NCBI GenBank assembly: GCA_000934665.2
Contig: JYFJ02003361.1
Span: 1-42,989, forward strand
DNA length: 42,989 nt
Direction: 5' to 3'
Source of the DNA: Catajapyx aquilonaris
Taxonomy: Eukaryota
Position 1 is the first letter of the stretch. Every line of letters begins with the position of its first letter. This document shows, piece by piece, positions 13,001 to 24,930 of the stretch. The translations under genes and the position numbers were made by a program. Below the pieces are notes generated by a model. The model saw only the letters and a program-made list of their open reading frames with translations. It had not been told where the DNA came from and made no database searches.

Positions 13001-16000
13001 GTCTTGTAGTTATGCTTACTACTTTTTAACTGTGCACATGATATTAATGGTCATCCATACTGTCAGTGTGACCCCACTAAAGGAACCTTTCTCATGATAC
13101 CAAGGGCAATTCAATGTCACCTCTAATCTCCACATAATCACTTGATTACTGCCACTCAAAAAAGTAGGGAACATACCTTGATTTTGGTTTTTTGCCTATA
13201 CGTAGAATAACAAAAAGCCAAAAAGGAGAAGCCTAAGTTTTGCCTGGCTTAGAGGCCGTAGTGACACACGTCCAAACGTATTTATTATTGGCGATGTTAC
13301 AACTGTACCCTGTTACAACCGACCCCGATCTCCCGTATACACTGTGCTCCCAATTATCTGGATACGAATTATTTATATGTGCATCGTCAAAAAAAGGTTA
13401 GAAATTTAAAAATCTGAAAGGTCAAAAATTCTCAGAAATAAATATGACAGACTTTTTCCAGAAGACAAATTAAAAATCTATGGTAAGGTTTATAGATTAA
13501 ACCTGCTTATTTAAAGCAGCATAAAAGTATGTACACCCTTGAGCATAAAGATGGAGACGGTAGGCTCTCACCTTCGGCAGGCTGCTCTGCCAATGTCAGC
13601 TATTACGGTATCAAAATTAATACACTGTCATAAATACACGAACACATGCCTGAAGCAGCTAGCTCGGTCCAAAAAGAGTTCATTAATTTGAGTCGGATAA
13701 AGAAAGGTCAAAAAAATGCCTGCCGTCTCCATCTTTATGCTTGCGGGGGTACATAGTTCATTTAAAACCTGTGAATACCTCATTTGTATGGTATCTAGGA
13801 CCATTTTTGGAATATCTTATTATTATCATCCAGGCACACCTGTGCTTTCATTAGCACGGATAATTGGGAGTGCAGTGTAGTCCAATATAGCTGATGTAGT
13901 CCGTTATGGAAAATATTTGTGGAACATACTAATTCCATTAAATGCAAAGATTTAACTGTAGACACAATTTATCCTAAAAATTATTCACTGCCTGGAAAAA
14001 CAAGAACTGAAATATGTCCTTGTTTGACACCACACTTTCTTTCCCACTGAATCTCGCATGCCTTACAGCAACATACCAGGGTTTCCTCCTCGAGGTAGGA
14101 TGTGTCCTTTTTATGCTTGGCAGGGATCCTCAAATGGATGATTTCCAGTTTCTTAATACCATCCATTCCAAACACCTGCCTGGCACTTAATGTTCCTCCT
14201 TTCCTGTCACCATCCACGTGCTCCTCAGGATAAGGCTGGAAGCTTGGCTCAGCCAGATGCTGAACATGGTCTGCATCATGGAAAATTAAATGAGACCAAA
14301 TAAAACACCTCACATTTGGAATCATAGATAAAGCATATTGTACTTACTAAAAGAGACCTCACGCTTTGTGGCCGTATCGTAGACCCTCACGGTGGAATTC
14401 CAACGAGGATCACCTAATCGGATGGAATAAAAATATGCAACTTGCTATGAGACAATCAATTCAGTGCACCCATCTCCCTGGAATGCTTCTTCCTAACAGG
14501 TCAGTTTGTCTCAGCATATAATATAGTATTGATGTAACATAATTTCCAAGTGCATTACTCTTGGGTAACTAGCGCACCCGTAGCCAAAATTTGGCAAAAC
14601 CTGCAATGAGGAAGACAATAATGGGAATGACAAAATAGAATGAGAGGGCTCGCGGAGTGACAACTAAGAAAATATCGTATAGATGGTCGTAAGATGCGGT
14701 TGAAAAATTTAGTGGCATTGGTTGAATCAATGGACATACTGTACAGTACACTTCCTGAATCGGATATGAGAAAAATTTTAATAAAACCTTGCGATATAGT
14801 CATATACAACATTCTGTGTAAACACACTGTTGTTGGAGAGCAATGTTCCATGTTGAGCAGTAGGAGTAGTGAACACTTTGATCTGACTAATTCCGGAGAT
14901 ATAATATACCTTGCAGTGTTCCGGACACAAAAAAATTAGACGAATATTATAGGGGGAATTGGCGGTTATACTGGGATTTGCTGTCAGTTTGAGAGGAGGG
15001 GGAGGAGGAGGAGGAGGTGGCCATCAACAGAAGGCGGAAGGACACACCAGCAGCGATATACCTTGGAGCGTCACAGACAGCAAAAAAAAATTAGACTAAT
15101 ATTATAGGGGGAATTTTTGGTCCAATTATTTTGTACCACTAACTAAAGGAATCAACACCCATACACACAGGCCGTCGACGGTTTTGGTCTTTGGTCGCGT
15201 TGACGCTGCGGACCAAGCATGACTCATGTAAACAAGCGCAACACTAAAGACCGAAACCGTCGACGGCCTGTGTGTATGGGCCTTTAGTATGAAAGATCTG
15301 TCGTTGCAAAGTTAATGCTGAAATTATTGTTTTATTTAAATATCAGCCAAGGTTCAAACTGCAGCCTAATTCATATAACAAACCTGCTTCAGAAGTGGTT
15401 TAAAATTCATCTCATTACAGATGATATAAATGACAACATTACTGAACAACTGGCCTCATCTCTATAGGCAGGCCATGCTAGCTTCCAATTGACGTCATCG
15501 TTTTGTTTACCAATTCCGGAAATATGCCGAACATACCCCTGGAACCTCCCACTTTTCAAGTTGCCACGAGATGCCCCCATGCAACAGTGGCCCACCCTTT
15601 CTTCCATTAACTTCCAATCATGCTTCCAATTGACGTAAAAATTGAGTAAAAATGGCCAAAAAAATGCCTTAAGGTGGGGATAAAGAAAATCCGGACTTCT
15701 TTGAGTTCCAACTCTGGTCGAAAGAGGAGACAGTGGATTCCACCCTCCCTACACAAAAGAAGGGTCGCGTTTGCGGTTGACCATTCCCTCTAGGCACAAT
15801 AAAAACCGTGAAAATTAGGGTCCCCCCAACTTCTAGTAGTTCTCAAATCAGTCAAATTTTGACAAAATTATTTGCCGAAAGGTTATAGCTAAATATAAAC
15901 ATCGGCTTCATGGGTCCGGAGCACCTCATTTTTCCGCATTATTGTATGCTTATTACGACATCACTTAAAAGTTTACGACGGCGTAAATTACTCCCGAATG

Positions 16001-19000
16001 CAAATGTCTTTTTAAAATACTACATTAAGAATATGGGAAAAGTACAGCACACATGTGTAAGAGAGAGGTCAGTTACACTTACACACACAAAAAAAAATCG
16101 GTTCTGATGTTGTTAGTTAGCCTTAGCGAGAACTTTACTCCCAAATTCTCTTTATCTCCCCCCCCCCCNCACTTAAATTGTTGCATGAGAGCATCTCTAT
16201 AGAACCTTGAAAGATGGAAGGTCCCAGCCAGGAACAAATCAATGCAAGTTTGGCAACATGAGACTGACAACCAAACTACTACATTTTACTCACCTGAATT
16301 TTGAAAAATTTTCCATTTTGTAATAATTCTGCTTTGCCTATTGTGTTATGCCGACATCACCTCAGCTGCTAATTAGCTAATTAGTAGGGTCAAAATATAA
16401 GCAAACTATAACAATAATGGCATACAGAAAAGGTGATACTTCAAAGCCACAACACCTCCAGCTGCTCACTGGTCGCTGTCAGGTTCAAGTGAATCACCTC
16501 ACCTATTCCATCAACTTGGTCAGAGTCGGGGGAGGTGTGGTGGCCGTGATGGTAACGTCACGGCTTGCTGAGTGAAAGGCCCCAGGTTCAATCCCCGCCT
16601 GGGGAACTTTCCTTTCACCTGCGTCAGGAGGGTCTCTGACCTGCACCAAGGAGGTGTCTGGCAACCTAACCTCCTGGGGGACAGCACATGACCCATTTGT
16701 ATACATTGCACTTGCACCTATGTTCCCTCCCCAAAAAATCCCTACCCGTACCCGACATCCTTGACTCCTTGCACCGGTGAATGAAGAAAAAAGTGTAAAT
16801 ACACAGAGAAAACTGATGGTGGTGTGCCACCCCCCAAAGAGGCCTTTGATGCCTAGCACGGGGTATTTAAAAAAATAAAATAAAATAAAATAAACTTGGT
16901 CAGAGTCATTTTAAAATTCTGGTGAGTAAAATGTAATAGTTTGGTTGTAAGAACACTCAATCACTTAATGAATGTAATCAAAGCAGATTTCCTGAAATTT
17001 TTCATATCACCAACAGTACAACATGCAAGAACCAGACAGACCAAATAAAAAGGCATGATGAATGAGGAGATCTGAAAATCTTTGCACTCATGTTATGATG
17101 TACTCACAATTATCTTGTTTCGAATTTTTTTTCCTCTGCCCAGTTCTTCCCCTTTTGCCTCTTCCAGCAGGAGTCTTCTCCATGCGTACCTTGCTCTTCA
17201 CACCAGAGGAGCTGGTGGATTCATGCTCCATGCCCTGATTGCTTGCAGTTGGGCGACCTCTTCCACTCTTAACAGTTGACCGGGTTTTAGTAGCCACAAT
17301 TTTCTTGCCACTTCCTGGCTTGCGACCCCGCTTCGATGGTGCAGGGATCATCGCAGATTCTGCTTCCTGCTCATTCACTGACTCACCAGCCAGTGAGGCA
17401 AGTTTCCTTCCACGTCTCTTTGGAGGAGGGGCAGTGACAGGCTCACCTTCTTTAACTATCGGTTTGTTTTGCTGAATGGATAACTTCCTCCCCCACTTCT
17501 TAGCAGAGGTGTTTTCTGCAGCATTTGTTACCAAATGTGAGTCTGGCTGCCTTGTTTTAGAGCCAGGTTTCCTTCCCGGCTTCTTCAGAGGCAGATCACT
17601 GACATTTATTTGCACCTTGTTGTTTGCTACACTGCACTTATTCAGGGTGCTGCTCTTTGGTGTAGGCTTCCTTCTTAATCGCAGTAGCAGACGCTTTTCA
17701 GGTTTCATAGTTGGCAGTTGTGGCTCGACCAGCTCTGTTAACTCGGTCTCCCATTCACAGGCTGAGAGGCCACTGGGTGTAGTTGGCTTTGGTTGGGTGT
17801 GTGGCACCTATTTATAAACAATTATTTATAATAGCATGTCCATTAAGAATGTGCCAAGCACCCTGCCACGTATTAAGTTGTGCCCAATATATTCTGTTCC
17901 ATGTCAATTACAAGAATAAAGTCATACGCTGGATTGTACCAACAGAGTGAAACTCGATCTATCTTTCGTGGATATATAGTTTTCCCAGACCCATCGTTCA
18001 ATTTCTAGGGTGCTGGAATAAATGCTATTTAAACAATGTAATATTGTTCCTCAATTTATTGTTTTCCCGCATATATTGTTCAGAATTATTAGTCCTGAAG
18101 AACCTGAATCTCGTATTTATCATTTTTAAGAAATAACAAATCCGTACACAAAACTATAAATGTTAGAATGCATTGGTAGTAATAACAGCAGTAAATGTGA
18201 ATATAAACAACTTTCTGAAAATGAAGTATTAGTATAGTCAGTAAGTTCCCGTCCTGGCCGCAGGAGGCCGGCAGGTGACACGGAGACAGGTGCTGCTGTG
18301 GTTGGCTGTGAGGTACATTAGCAGTAACCAACCTCGCCAAGAGTAAACTCGGTGTGCTGCGTAATAGCTGCGGTACACAGTCGAAAAATGTCGTTCACCA
18401 TATCAGGCGCGTCTGAGGCGGACGAACGGGCAGTAATTCAGTTCCTGTGTGCAGAGGGAGCGGGACCAAAAGAGATTCATACACGCATGAGGGCTGTGTA
18501 TGGAGACACTTGCGTGGCGTACTCGACAGTGAAGGACTGGGTATGCCATTTCCGCAGCGGTCGACAAGGCACGTCGGACATGGCACGGTCAGGCCGACCT
18601 GTTACAGCCTCCACTGATGCACGCCTAGTGTGCGTCGAGGGGTTGGTTCAAAGTGATCGGCGCTTGCATGCCTGCTCAGCAATCCTGTCGATGGACAAGC
18701 GCCTTGTCGACCACTGCGGAAATGGCGTACCCAGTCCTTCACTGTCGAGTACGCCACGCAAGTGTCTCCATACACAGCCCTCATGCATGTATGAATCTCC
18801 TTCAGTCCCACTCCCTCTGCACACAGGAACTGAATTACTGCCCGTTCGTCCATCTTGGACGCGCCTGATATGGTGAACGACATTTTTCGACTTGTGTACC
18901 GCAGCTATTACGCAGCACACCGAGTTCACTCTTGGCCAGGTTGGTGACTGCTAATGTACACCTGCGAGCATAAAGATGGAGACGGCAGGCTGCTCGGCCA

Positions 19001-22000
19001 ATCTCAGCAATTACGGAATCAAATATACTGTCATAAATACACGAACACACGCTTGAAGCAGCTAACTCAGTCCAAAAATAGTTCATTAATTTGAGTCGGA
19101 TAAAGAAAGGTCAAAAAAGGGCCTGCCGTCTCTATCTTTATGCTCGCAGGGGTACCTCACAGCCAACCACAGCAGGACCTGTATCCCGTATACACTGTGC
19201 TCCCAATTATCTGGATACGAATTATTTATATGTGCATCGTCAAAAAAAGGTTAGAAATTTAAACATCTGAAAGGTCAAAAATTCTCAGAAATAAATATGA
19301 CAGCCTTTTTCCACAAGACAAATTAAAAATCTATGGTAAGGTTTATAGATTAAACCTGCTTATTTAAAGCAGCATAAAAGTATGTACACCCTTGAGCATA
19401 AAGATGGAGACGGTAGGCTCTCACCTTCGGCAGGCTGCTCTGCCAATGTCAGCTATTACGGTATCAAAATTAATACACTGTCATAAATACACGAACACAT
19501 GCCTGAAGCAGCTAACTCGGTCCAAAAAGAGTTCATTAATTTGAGTCGGATAAAGAAAGGTCAAAAAAGGGCCTGCCGTCTCTATCTTTATGCTCGCGGG
19601 GGTACCTCACAGCCAACCACAGCAGGACCTGTCTCCATGTCACCTGCCGGCCTCCCGCGGCCAGGACGGGAACTTGTTGACTATACCTAATAATACAGAC
19701 TAGGCAAGACAGTGGAAAAACAACATTGGTAGACACTGATGTCGAAAATATATTCAAGCAAATGTGACTTTGAATTTTATATAAGCCCGGCACTTATCAC
19801 TTTCCCAAATTCATCGGTTTTTCCCAGGGGTGCCCAATAAAACTACGAGTCAGGTTGGCACTGTGTCTGGAAGTTTTGAAGGCTCTTGTTTTGCTGTTGC
19901 TGATCATTACCAAACAATTTAGCATAAAATACAAGCAGCAAAAACTTGACAACACATTGACACAATCCAGCAGTAAAGTCTATCTGTTACGAAATCATGC
20001 TTGGGCACACAATATTAATGCTAATTTAAACTTTACAAGTTAGATCTAACAATCCGATGTTCAATAAGGTAACATAAATAAAACTAAAAATGTCAAACCA
20101 CAACTTCTTGCTTGTGGTCACTTAACACATGTGTACAGCATAATCTAAGATAGGGCATGGCGGCATGCAGAGCCAGAGAATAAAAGCACATAAGCAGGGG
20201 TATCACTGGACATATTGGCAGGGTAAATGATAGAAGTGCAAAGGCCCTTGACAATGTATAACCACATATTTAGACTTTTCTCTGCTGAGTATATGCAGTA
20301 CTGTATGTATAGCCCCTCTGTAACACCACTCCATGTATGGCCAGCCCCCAACTTGCATAAGTGGATCATTCCACAACAATGACAACATGATATGCAAGTC
20401 AAAATTTTGTAACTTGGAACATGTTTTTGTATTGCACAGTACTGTACCTTATACATTGATACTGGAGTCACTGTCTTGTTCAATAGAGGCCATTGCGAGT
20501 GGGAAAGAATTCCCTGAGAAGCTCAAAGACAAATTGCAAATGTTTGTCAGGTTCACAGAGTCAGAGAAGGAGTCTGAGCAGGCATGTCTGATTTGCCACA
20601 TGCCACCTTTATGTTACTGACTTCTTCCATAAATTGTGCATGTCAGAAGTGTTTATCATAATCTGAATCTACAGAAGTTGGCACTATGTATACTCCGATT
20701 CACGTAAGTCTGAACCTTTTTGGATATCATACCCCCGAAAGTAGTGCCCCCCATGTCAGGCCATACCGCCCCTCACATCAAAATGTGCAGTTTGTGTAGC
20801 GCTGCACCTACCGCATGGGCTGCCCATGATAACTAGGCATTAGAATTACACGTACCAGCACTGTTTCTTCGAGAAAGGCAGCGATACCGGAGACTAATTT
20901 TGTGTCGGCTCACCCCCTCAGGCGTATGTATATCCACAAAGGTTTGGACTTATGTGAATCGGAGAGTAAGTTGGGGACTTGCTGTAATGGCTTTTAGTAA
21001 TTTGACTCAGAGCACCTGTCTGAGTCTGCCATCCTATGAAAAATGGCATATCTGCCCTGTGTCATAAGGCTGAGAGGCAACATCAGCACAATATGTTATT
21101 GTAGCGTACTATCAGTCCAACAAGAATTGTCGCAGCGGCAGCGCACGAACTACAATCTACGAGCACAGGTATACGAGAGACTGTAGTTCGTGCGCTGCCG
21201 CTTGCGACAATTCTTGTTGGACACCAGGTACACTGCAGTTTTAAACTTATTTTCTTATGATGGCAAATATGAATGACATGGCACCATCCTTATGGGAAAC
21301 GGCTTTTGGCTAAATTCTCAAAATTTTTTGTATGTTGTAGAAAATAAGATGGTAGACTAATCAATTCTTAACGTTATGCTAAGACCTGAAACTCATCACA
21401 TCACCTGCTACATTGGATCTAAGGGCAGCCTACAGTTCCCTCATAAGGTCTAACAAATGTGGTACTGTTGTAGCCGGGTTCGGTGGAGGGAAACTCGGAG
21501 ACTGTCTAAACCATGGGTTTATTCGTTTTTCTGAACCAGCTAACCAATCCCTCTTCATTGGTCCCACATTTGATGGACCTTATGAGGGGACGGTAGGCTG
21601 CCCTTTGACCCGATGTAGCGGGTGACCTAATGCCTTTCAGGTCTTGGCGCAATGTTAAGAATTGATTACCATCTTAGGGCCGAATTCAGAGAGGTTGCTT
21701 AACGTAAACGAGCCCGATTAAATCCTTTAGTCATCCTCGATTAGCAAATTTAAAAGTGCTAGCAAGTGCGATTAGGGGGCATTTAGCGCTAATCGCCGTC
21801 TTTGTATTAGCAGGTTGATTAAATTTGCTAATCGAGGCTGACTAAAGGATTTAATCGGGCGCGTTTACGTTAAGCAACCTCTCTGAATTCGGCCCTTATT
21901 TTCTAAAACATATATTATTTTTTTTAAGAATTGAGCCGAAAGCAATTTCCCATATAAGGATGGTGCCATGTCCTTACACTAACATGTGAGCAAGAAATTC

Positions 22001-22987
22001 AGCCACACATAAATTGAGTGCAGTAACAACAGTTTAAACTAGAATGTTTTGCTGCATGACGTTACCTTCTTTACACCCTGCTCTGCAAGCACCAATGTCT
22101 TCTTGCTGGTTCGTTTCTGCGCAGGTTTTTTAGGGACACTGTCTGGAAGGCTACTTTTCATTGGTGAGGCAGGGTTGGTGCTGTCGATGAGACCTTCTTT
22201 GGCATTCCCATTCAAAGTGCAAATGGGGATTTGGGCAGCAGGAGTGGTGGTGGGTGGTAATATTTTCATATCATCATCAGAAGGCTTAAAACCAACTGCA
22301 AAGAGTCAACAAGAAAACTGTTGAGTCAATGTAGCATAAAGGCCATTTCACAAAAAAAATGTCGCGCGGCAAACGGCGCGACTTGCGGCAAATTTTATTG
22401 TTGCCAACAATTGGCAACAATAAATATAAATAAAAATTTGCCGCAAGTCGCGCCGTTTGCCGCGCGACATTTTTTTTGTGAAATGGCCTTAATGCTGGCC
22501 CATGAGCAATTTTAAAACTGGAAGAATTACGTCCTATTAGAGAGTTACTTTTAATGTAAGCAGTTGAACAATTTCGACAAATAGTTAGGTAATGAATTCT
22601 GCATCCTTCTGGCATCTCATAAGGTGGTAGTCAGCTGAAATTTTCCAATTAATGATCTATTTCATACCACGAGAAAACATTTGCAATTACCCTGACAATT
22701 GGAATTTTTGGGGGGTTCTGCCAGCATTAAATAATAATAATTAATGGAAAGTCAGTGCAGTTACTTTCCGCAAACGAATGGGTATCACAAACGGTGGTCA
22801 TCATCATCTGATTCATTCATGAGTGAGAGTAAAAGTTAAAACAATTATTATGAATTTTAAAAGATGTCAGTTTAAAATGAATGCATTCATTAAATGAAAA
22901 CTGAAAGTGACGGGTTTAAATTTACTCACAAAGTCGTCGTGGACCTATAGTTGACTTTTCGTCCCTTTGGCAGAACATTCTAAATGC
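6910..22987 (-). CDS. CENPC: CENP-C/Mif2-like centromere protein, multi-exon: join(22930-22987, 22066-22295, [optional 20448-20513], 17108-17807, 14348-14413, 14077-14270, 7090-7180, 6910-7007); about 480-500 aa; 5' end unresolved
   Basis: All listed exons have AG/GT boundaries and matching phases (1437 nt without, 1503 nt with the optional exon; open to TAA at 6910-6912). The C-terminus DPRWNSTVRVYDTATKREVSF...LEIIHLRIPAKHKKDTSYLEEETLICNVLSGSTTVSVNDKVILCTTGDTFVVPPQNPYSLANESSVDAVVQF aligns by eye with the CENP-C cupin domain (human ...STGDSFYVPSGNYYNIKN...). The upstream part is basic and low-complexity, as in CENP-C. Confidence 0.8.
7090..7180 (-). CDS. CENPC: CENP-C-like cupin exon
   Basis: ttaattacag / gtaagt boundaries; ICNVLSGSTTVSVNDKVILCTTGDTFVVPP, containing the cupin GDxFxVP motif. 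Confidence 0.85.
9395..9786. mobile_element. MITE with about 140-bp TIRs, abutting the end of a second copy
   Basis: Arms 9395-9535 / 9645-9786; an additional terminus cagcgacggctaatatg at 9375-9391. Confidence 0.75.
9948..12368. mobile_element. 2.4-kb foldback/long-TIR DNA element with TA flanks
   Basis: ta|ctattgaccgcaaaagtaatgtcgcgac ... gtcgcgacattacttttgcggtcaatag|ta; arms pair over several hundred bp; inner palindrome at about 11488-11625. Confidence 0.85.
10798..11145 (+). mobile_element. tRNA-derived SINE, family A, inserted in the left foldback arm
   Basis: A box tggccgagatgg, B box ggttcggtccc, (att)n tail; 13-bp TSD aa(a/g)ttatatcaaa; the empty site is preserved in the right arm. 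Confidence 0.9.
12398..13335. mobile_element. TA-flanked MITE (pogo-like)
   Basis: gggagatcagggtcggttgtaaca ... tgttacaaccgaccccgatctccc; internal gttacaactgacccc repeats. Confidence 0.8.
13340..13877. mobile_element. Tigger/pogo-like MITE containing a nested MITE X (13534-13749)
   Basis: ta|cactgtgctcccaattatc ... gataattgggagtgcagtg|ta; nested TIRs gcataaagatggagacgg / ccgtctccatctttatgc. Confidence 0.8.
14077..14270 (-). CDS. CENPC: CENP-C-like exon (start of cupin)
   Basis: atgcag / gtatgt boundaries; phase 1 to 0; HVQHLAEPSFQPY...KKDTSYLEEETL. Confidence 0.8.
14348..14413 (-). CDS. CENPC: CENP-C-like exon (pre-cupin)
   Basis: cgattag / gtaagt boundaries; DPRWNSTVRVYDTATKREVSF resembles human DPLQPTRVKDPETREII. 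Confidence 0.8.
15158..15280. mobile_element. Short palindromic MITE (Harbinger-like)
   Basis: cccatacacacaggccgtcgacggttt...aaaccgtcgacggcctgtgtgtatggg. Confidence 0.8.
15673..16172. mobile_element. TTAA-flanked MITE (Kolobok-like)
   Basis: ttaa|ggtggggataaaga ... tctttatctcccc(n)cac|ttaa. Confidence 0.6.
16267..16948. mobile_element. MITE with about 40-bp TIRs, host of a SINE
   Basis: acaaccaaactactacattttactcacc / ggtgagtaaaatgtaatagtttggttgt. Confidence 0.7.
16528..16892 (+). mobile_element. tRNA-derived SINE, family A, second copy
   Basis: Same head as the 10798 copy; (aaaat)n tail; perfect 15-bp TSD aacttggtcagagtc. Confidence 0.92.
17108..17807 (-). CDS. CENPC: CENP-C-like large basic exon with AT-hook-like motifs
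   Basis: 700-nt open exon, aaatag / gtgagt boundaries; contains KKPGRKPGS, KKWGRKL, KRRGRKL, KRGRKPGS, GRGRP and GRGKRGR. Confidence 0.8.
18229..19690. mobile_element. Mariner 5'-end foldback with truncated transposase HTH, interrupted by MITE X copies (18959-19152, 19387-19602)
   Basis: ta|ttag(g)tatagtca TIR at both ends; ATG at 18388 gives MSFTISGASEADERAVIQFLCAEG...KEIHTRMRAVYGD...TVKDW..HFRSGR...RSGRP; the same N-terminus is present inverted at 18701-18883. Confidence 0.9.
20448..20513 (-). CDS. Candidate symmetric (phase 0/0) optional exon of the CENP-C-like gene
   Basis: cttctcag / AAG|gtacag boundaries; GILSHSQWPLLNKTVTPVSMYK; no homology support. Confidence 0.35.
20693..20964. mobile_element. 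MITE with about 33-bp TIRs
   Basis: ctccgattcacgtaagtctgaaccttt / aaaggtttggacttatgtgaatcggag. Confidence 0.7.
21115..21222. mobile_element. Short hairpin MITE
   Basis: gtccaacaagaattgtcgcagcggcagcgcacgaactaca and its reverse complement. Confidence 0.8.
21275..21972. mobile_element. Long-TIR MITE with a nested Harbinger-type MITE (21677-21895, TTA TSD)
   Basis: gacatggcaccatcctta / taaggatggtgccatgtc; nested tta|gggccgaattcagagagg ... cctctctgaattcggccc|tta. Confidence 0.8.
22066..22295 (-). CDS. CENPC: CENP-C-like exon
   Basis: ctctttgcag / AAG|gtaacg boundaries; GFKPSDDDMKILPP...EQGVKK; phase 1 to 0. Confidence 0.75.
22340..22489. mobile_element. Near-perfect palindromic Harbinger-type MITE
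   Basis: taa|aggccatttcacaaaa ... ttttgtgaaatggcct|taa, about 60-bp arms. Confidence 0.88.
22930..22987 (-). CDS. CENPC: CENP-C-like 5'-most confidently placed exon (contains a possible start Met)
   Basis: Strong tttttgtttcag acceptor and gtgagt donor; AFRMFCQRDEKSTIGPRRL; phase fits the next exon. Confidence 0.65.
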
Positions 22988-24867
22988 CTGAAACAAAAAT
23001 TAAATCAGTTGTTTTTGCAGGGTGAAAAAAACCATGTGACAACAGATGGTGAGAATTTGCAGCCATGTAGACTATGGATTGTAAGATTATAAGAGTAACA
23101 ATTGCTGCTGTAGTTTGGTTACCATGGTGGTCGCTATGGTTACCACACTTTGACGTGTTTGTGATGTCATTGTCTGATGGAACAACTGTTGTAGTAGCAT
23201 GGTAACCATGGTATTACTATGGTTACTGAGGATATGACGTGTTTGTCTGACGCGTGACAGACCCTCGTTTTCTGACTTAACGATGCATTTGACGCACCAA
23301 GTGTATTGCCAAAAAATGTTTCTTTTGAGTCACACTATCATTCTGCGTAAAACACGCACTTATGTCATTTACACAGTGTATATGTCTGCAAAGCTAGAAC
23401 GTGGAAAAATCGGGGACAGCTCTGGATTGGACAGTGAAAGTTTTCCCTAATGGGATGTAGCTTTTCTTTTATCCCTGCATGCCCTGTACTGTACTGCATG
23501 CCACTCCACCTTTCTGTTGCACTATATTAACCTCTCGGTATTTCCACTGCTATTGGATGATGCCCCTTGATTTGGCTGAAAATTTCCTTTCAAGTTGATG
23601 ACCACCAAGGCCTTCCACCACTTTCCACTGGACAACTGAAGCTGCTGAACTGACTAATTCCCAGACTCCTCAATATGGGTGTAATCTGCTAATGGGGTCC
23701 CAACATTGATGGTATCTTCAACCAATCTTTGGTGTACCCACCCAACCAGTTGCACATACTCTATCTCAGGTCCTATGCTGATAACACTAGTCAACAAGGT
23801 TTTTGGCACATGAACAATTTTAGTTAGGGGGGAAGCTGAATTTGTAGTTTTTAACATAAAAAGAACATGATGCATTTCTGAGATTGCTCACCAAACGGAC
23901 ATATGGGAGGGGGAGAGAATAAAGGAAATATTGTGAGAGTCCAATATCAGGCGAAAGATCAGTATGGTACTTATAACGGGACGAAACTTGCATGTGCGCT
24001 CTATCGAGCTCCAGGGATGTAATTATTTGATTTTTGACTAAAGCTTGTGTGTTTGTGAAATCTCCATTCATCCCATCATCCATTCAACCATTCTTTCCAA
24101 GAAAAGCCCGCTTTCCAAAACAATTCCCTAACTGATCTCGACCACTGGAGCTCGACAGTCTGCGAATTGAGCAGCCACATCAGTGCCCTCTTACTCCATC
24201 TATCTTCCGGTAAAGCTATAGTTTTTATCAAAAAAGTTAGAGATGTTTAAATATGTTCACTGATAATTTCAATCTCCCAGTCTCCAGCCGGGCAAAATAC
24301 CCTGCTGTGTTCCTAGGGAGAGTCAAAAACTTTTTGATAAAATAAGTGTATCCTCTCAACCTCGTCCAATCGGTCCAGCGCCCAAAAACAAGCACCATAG
24401 AGTGAGACGGGAATAATTTTGGCATCACAAAGTTTGAAAGGCTATTCTTATATCTCTTATTTTAAAATTAATCAATGTAGGCCAAAAAGCATTTATCAAT
24501 GTAAATGCCTTTGTTAAAAAATGCTACGTCGTCCGGGCTGTTTGCTTGGAGGCTGCAAATGGAACTCCCAAATATTTATATTCTGGAACAGATTCGATCC
24601 TAGTGGTTTTCCAAAAAAATCTATCCTTATCTGAGGGTTTTCCCCCTTTCCGAAAAATGACTACCTGTCTTTTAAGTACATTTAATCTAAGTTCATTCTC
24701 GTCAAAATATATTTCCAGAGCTTTTAGGCTTTTTCTCAGGTCCAGCGGGTTATTAGCCAGGATCACTAGATCGTCAGCAAATTGTAAAAAAATTATTTCC
24801 GCATCGTTGTTGCTAAATCTTACCCCTGTTCTCATTTTTTACAAAAATTGTAGGTAAATCTGCTAGA

Positions 24868-24872
<5 letters not shown>

Positions 24873-24930
<58 letters not shown>

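Noticed and set aside
17239..17817. Plus-strand hydrophobic ORFs
   Set aside because: Antisense shadows of the Lys/Arg-rich CENP-C-like exon
23520..23760. Additional CENP-C exon candidates (also about 16420-16503 and 22765-22807)
   Set aside because: In-frame stops, weak splice sites or no independent support
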